In this document: positions 17,462 through 20,262 of the stretch, in pieces
Numbering within the stretch: position 1 is the first letter of the stretch
Layout of the letters: every line of letters starts with the position of its first letter
Assembly (NCBI GenBank): GCA_963977445.1
Contig: CAXBPH010000116.1
Coordinates: 1-20,262, forward strand
Direction: 5' to 3'
Length of the DNA stretch: 20,262 nucleotides
Source of the DNA: an uncultured bacterium
GTDB lineage: Bacteria; Hydrogenedentota; Hydrogenedentia; Hydrogenedentales; JAEUWI01
Notes under the pieces: model-generated
The model's input: only the letters and a program-made list of their open reading frames with translations
Told to the model about the DNA's origin: nothing
The model's database searches: none
Translations under genes and position numbers: made by a program

Positions 17462-18219
17462 GATTCAATACCGGTCATTCGGTTGATGGTTGAAGCGGCA
17501 GAGGCCGCGCCAAAGCCATTGTCGATGTTTACCACGGTGACACCCGTGGCGCAACTGTTCAGCATGCCCAGCAGGGCCGCGAGGCCACCAAAACTGGCTC
17601 CATAGCCGACGGAGGTGGGTACCGCGATAACGGGGCACTGGACCAGCCCGGCGAGAACGGAAGGCAAGGCACCTTCCATGCCCGCGCAGCAGATTATCAC
17701 ATTGGCCGCGTTGAGCTTGTCTTGCTGGTTGAGGAGGCGGTGAATTCCCGCTACCCCAATATCGGTTATGCGCACTACCCGGTTCCCCAGGGCGGTGCAG
17801 GTAACGGCCGCTTCTTCGGCGACCGGCAGATCGCTGGTGCCTGCACAGACAACCGCGATAGTGCCCTTGGAAAGGGGGGGCGCTGTGGCGGTGATGGTGA
17901 AAGCCCGGGCGAGTGTATGCATTTCCGCCAGGGGTAAGGCTTCCGATACGGCCTCCATGATGGCCGGCGTGCACCGTGTGCCCAGAACATTGCTCCCTTT
18001 GTCGGCCATGTGGCGCGCAATAGTTACCACTTGTTCGGGAGTTTTATTCTGGCAGAAGATGGTTTCGGGGTAGCCTTTGCGCAGCTGACGGTGGTGATCA
18101 ATCTTGGCGAAGCCGAGGTCTTCGTAAGGCAGATGCTGCAATGATTCCATGGCCGCATCCGGACTGCATTGTCCGTCGGCAACATTCTGGAGAAGTCGTA
18201 GGATGGTAGTGGTGTCCAT
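17458..18219 (-). CDS. larB: Nickel-pincer nucleotide cofactor biosynthesis protein LarB (NaAD carboxylase/hydrolase, PurE-like), 253 aa
   Basis: [82 protein letters not shown]. Start ATG 18219 lies 9 nt after AAGGGA. ATGA overlap with larC. Confidence 0.95.
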   Translation of the reverse strand: MDTTTILRLLQNVADGQCSPDAAMESLQHLPYEDLGFAKIDHHRQLRKGYPETIFCQNKTPEQVVTIARHMADKGSNVLGTRCTPAIMEAVSEALPLAEMHTLARAFTITATAPPLSKGTIAVVCAGTSDLPVAEEAAVTCTALGNRVVRITDIGVAGIHRLLNQQDKLNAANVIICCAGMEGALPSVLAGLVQCPVIAVPTSVGYGASFGGLAALLGMLNSCATGVTVVNIDNGFGAASAASTINRMTGIES

Positions 18220-18252
18220 GGCATGCATTCCCTTTGTGCCGGATAGCCTGTC

Positions 18253-18281
18253 AGTGTGGCACGCTTGGGTGCTCCGATCAA
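18253..18281 (-). promoter_or_regulatory. Candidate sigma70 promoter for larB-larC-coaD
   Basis: Minus strand reads TTGATC-N17-CACACT with an extended -10 TG. It lies in the intergenic gap about 33 nt upstream of the larB ATG. Confidence 0.45.
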
Positions 18282-18304
18282 GCGGGGCGGCCGTGCCGGG
18301 CCGA

Positions 18305-18895
18305 CTATCGTTCAATCGAGACGCTTGTCCGCGCCTGAAGGGGTTGCTCTTCCCCGGCCCCATCGGGCGACAACAGGGCGTGGCCGTTGCGATCAAAGCC
18401 GGAAACTATTAATTCGTAGCTGCCCGCCGGTGTGGTCTCCAACGGGGTCAGGGTAACCGACCAGACGCCATCGTTCGCTTTTGCATCTCCGTGACTTCCA
18501 TCATCATACATGTCGGTGCTCAGATTGGTATTGACGATTTGAATCGCCAGCGTGTCCAGGAGTTGTTGTTCATCGCGCACGGCGACGGTAACAAGGGTGG
18601 ACTGACCGGGGGTAAGTTTCCCCGAGGAAATCTGGGGAGTTGCCAGTTTGACGGGGACGCGGGCCGGTTGTGCCGTCATTTCCAGGCCGTCGGCAACGCT
18701 GTGGACCATGATTTTCATGGGATTGTCGGAGGCATCTGCCCCTTGCTGGTTGCGCGCTTCAATATAGTCCAGCAGGGCTTTTATTTCGCCGATGTCACCG
18801 GTAACCGTCAGTGAAACCTCGAGAGAGGCGTGGGCGAAGGGGGCGTGGGCCAACAAAATGACGCAGAAAATAGCTTGCAACATGGATTTTGGCAT
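18305..18895 (-). CDS. Small secreted protein with choice-of-anchor-X-like domain (196 aa)
   Basis: AGGAGG SD, Sec signal peptide ending AHA-S, and the motif MYDDGSHGDAKANDGVWS within a beta-rich C-terminal domain. Confidence 0.8.
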   Translation of the reverse strand: MPKSMLQAIFCVILLAHAPFAHASLEVSLTVTGDIGEIKALLDYIEARNQQGADASDNPMKIMVHSVADGLEMTAQPARVPVKLATPQISSGKLTPGQSTLVTVAVRDEQQLLDTLAIQIVNTNLSTDMYDDGSHGDAKANDGVWSVTLTPLETTPAGSYELIVSGFDRNGHALLSPDGAGEEQPLQARTSVSIER

Positions 18896-18948
18896 GACGG
18901 AATGAGTCCTCCTGATAATTGCGTAGACGGCTCCTACGCTAATACACG

Positions 18949-20262
18949 CTATTCATCGGATTCCAGTGGCGTGACTTCCGCCGGATCTTCCGGGCCGACC
19001 TCTGACTTAATTTCAGCAATGCGCCCCTTAAAAATATCAACAATCGCCGCCACATCGGGGTCTTCCATGGCCGCCCGCGCGTCGTCCGGATTGGTGCCGG
19101 GGTAGAAGGGCAGCTCGGCCGCAATCGTCGCTTCCTTCTTGGAGCTTGCAACGGTTTCGACGCGGACCGACACGCTGTCCAGATTGGTGGTATGCCGCGT
19201 CAGCGCCTCACCCATGGCCGCCTGGTTGGCACCAACCTTTACATAAGCCACGGCCTGTTCGTTGTCGCTCGGGAATTTGAGCGCTATGGTTGCGCCATCG
19301 ATACCCGTGGGCTTAGCGCCACTGAACCAGGTGCCGAGATTGAGGTCTTCCTCACTTGTGCGCGCGATGATAGCACCCCACGCCCGGCCCATATTCTCCG
19401 GGGTGACGGTGATTTGCGCTTTCGGAGCCGGTGCCGCAGGCGCTTGTTCAGCCGGCGCGGCTTCAGGAGGGTCCGGCGGTGACCCGGACGGCTCCGGCGG
19501 GGGCGTCGACGCTTTCTGTGGCACGGGAGCCGGTGGTGCCGGCGCCGTTTTTACGGGCTCGGTGGCCGGTGCCGAAGGCGTGGATGGTGTATCCAATGCC
19601 ACGCCGAGGCCGCCCTGGCCCAGGGCAATCAATTTATCCATGATGGTGTCGAGCGATACTTCGACGCCGACCTTGGATATGCGAATGAGCATGGATTCCA
19701 AGGCGATGCGCTGGGCAAGTTGGGAGTCGAAGGTGTTAACGAGCTCGGCGAACTGTTCCACCAACCGTATCAGATTGGTCAGGGAAATACGTTCCGAACG
19801 CTCGCTCAAGGCGACCAATTCTTCTTCCGGGAGATGGATGAGTTCACGGATATTCGCGGTTTTGGCGACCAGCAGATTGCGGAAATAGCGCAGGAGCTCC
19901 TGGACAAATTGGGTGAGGTCCTTGCCGGCCGTGACCACTTCTTCCACGAGTATGAGTTGTCGGGTGACGTCTTTGGCCAGAATCGCATCGCAAATGTCGT
20001 GCATGAGCTGCCAGTCGACGAGCCCGAGAACGTCAAACACGTCCTTGAATGTAATTTCCCCATCGCAATAGGTAATTAACTCGTCGAGGATGCTTTCCGA
20101 ATCGCGTATGCCGCCTTCTGCGGCCCGGGCGATGGCGTGTAATGCCTCGTCGGTCGCCTCAATCTCCTCTTTTATGAGGATACTGCGGAGGAGCTCGATA
20201 ATCTGGGGCACCGGTACCCGGCGAAAATCATAGCGCTGACACCGGGATACGATTGTCGCGGG
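18949..20262 (-). CDS. dnaX: DNA polymerase III subunit gamma/tau, 5'-truncated
   Basis: The frame is open to the window edge: PATIVSRCQRYDFRR (SRC motif), EALHAIARAAEGGIRDSESILD, collar domain, Pro/Ala linker, and a C-terminal domain ending DPDVAAIVDIFKGRI. Confidence 0.96.
   Translation of the reverse strand, partial: PATIVSRCQRYDFRRVPVPQIIELLRSILIKEEIEATDEALHAIARAAEGGIRDSESILDELITYCDGEITFKDVFDVLGLVDWQLMHDICDAILAKDVTRQLILVEEVVTAGKDLTQFVQELLRYFRNLLVAKTANIRELIHLPEEELVALSERSERISLTNLIRLVEQFAELVNTFDSQLAQRIALESMLIRISKVGVEVSLDTIMDKLIALGQGGLGVALDTPSTPSAPATEPVKTAPAPPAPVPQKASTPPPEPSGSPPDPPEAAPAEQAPAAPAPKAQITVTPENMGRAWGAIIARTSEEDLNLGTWFSGAKPTGIDGATIALKFPSDNEQAVAYVKVGANQAAMGEALTRHTTNLDSVSVRVETVASSKKEATIAAELPFYPGTNPDDARAAMEDPDVAAIVDIFKGRIAEIKSEVGPEDPAEVTPLESDE

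Noticed and set aside
18220..18396. N-terminal extensions in the ORF track for larB (to 18396), coaD (to 16194) and the coiled-coil gene (from 6884)
   Set aside because: The extensions overlap neighbouring genes or lack family-like sequence. Downstream starts have SD-like motifs and give family-typical N-termini.
18921..18939. GCGTAG-N7-CTACGC hairpin after dnaX, as a terminator or GTAG-type REP
   Set aside because: Only a 6-bp stem, no U-tract and a single copy in the window.
19545..19556. Possible dnaX -1 frameshift site (GTA AAA ACG) generating a gamma subunit
   Set aside because: Only five A's. It is not an in-frame X XXY YYZ heptamer like E. coli A AAA AAG, nor a long slippage run.

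Overview
Bacterial chromosomal window, GC-rich (roughly 60% by eye) and densely coding, with no rRNA, tRNA, CRISPR array or mobile element detected. The + strand carries the 3' 6.8 kb of a giant multi-domain surface protein (Ig-like repeats, DNRLRE-like domain, cadherin-like repeats, TSP3-like Ca loops, BACON, Fn3, C-terminal membrane anchor). It is followed by two cytoplasmic proteins with related N-terminal zinc ribbons (one a long coiled coil, one TPR-like), a secreted GH9 glycoside hydrolase, a LOG-family protein and a fused MFS-like/spermidine-synthase-like membrane protein. Converging on the - strand are the 3' part of dnaX, a small secreted choice-of-anchor-X-like protein, and an overlapping larB-larC-coaD cluster, with larC carrying a long His-rich 18-bp tandem repeat. 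The protein style suggests Candidatus Hydrogenedentes or a similar lineage (inference only). The best leads are a possible lineage-specific surface-sorting signal in the giant protein, the zinc-ribbon gene pair with a shared 11-bp upstream element, and the larBC-coaD coupling.
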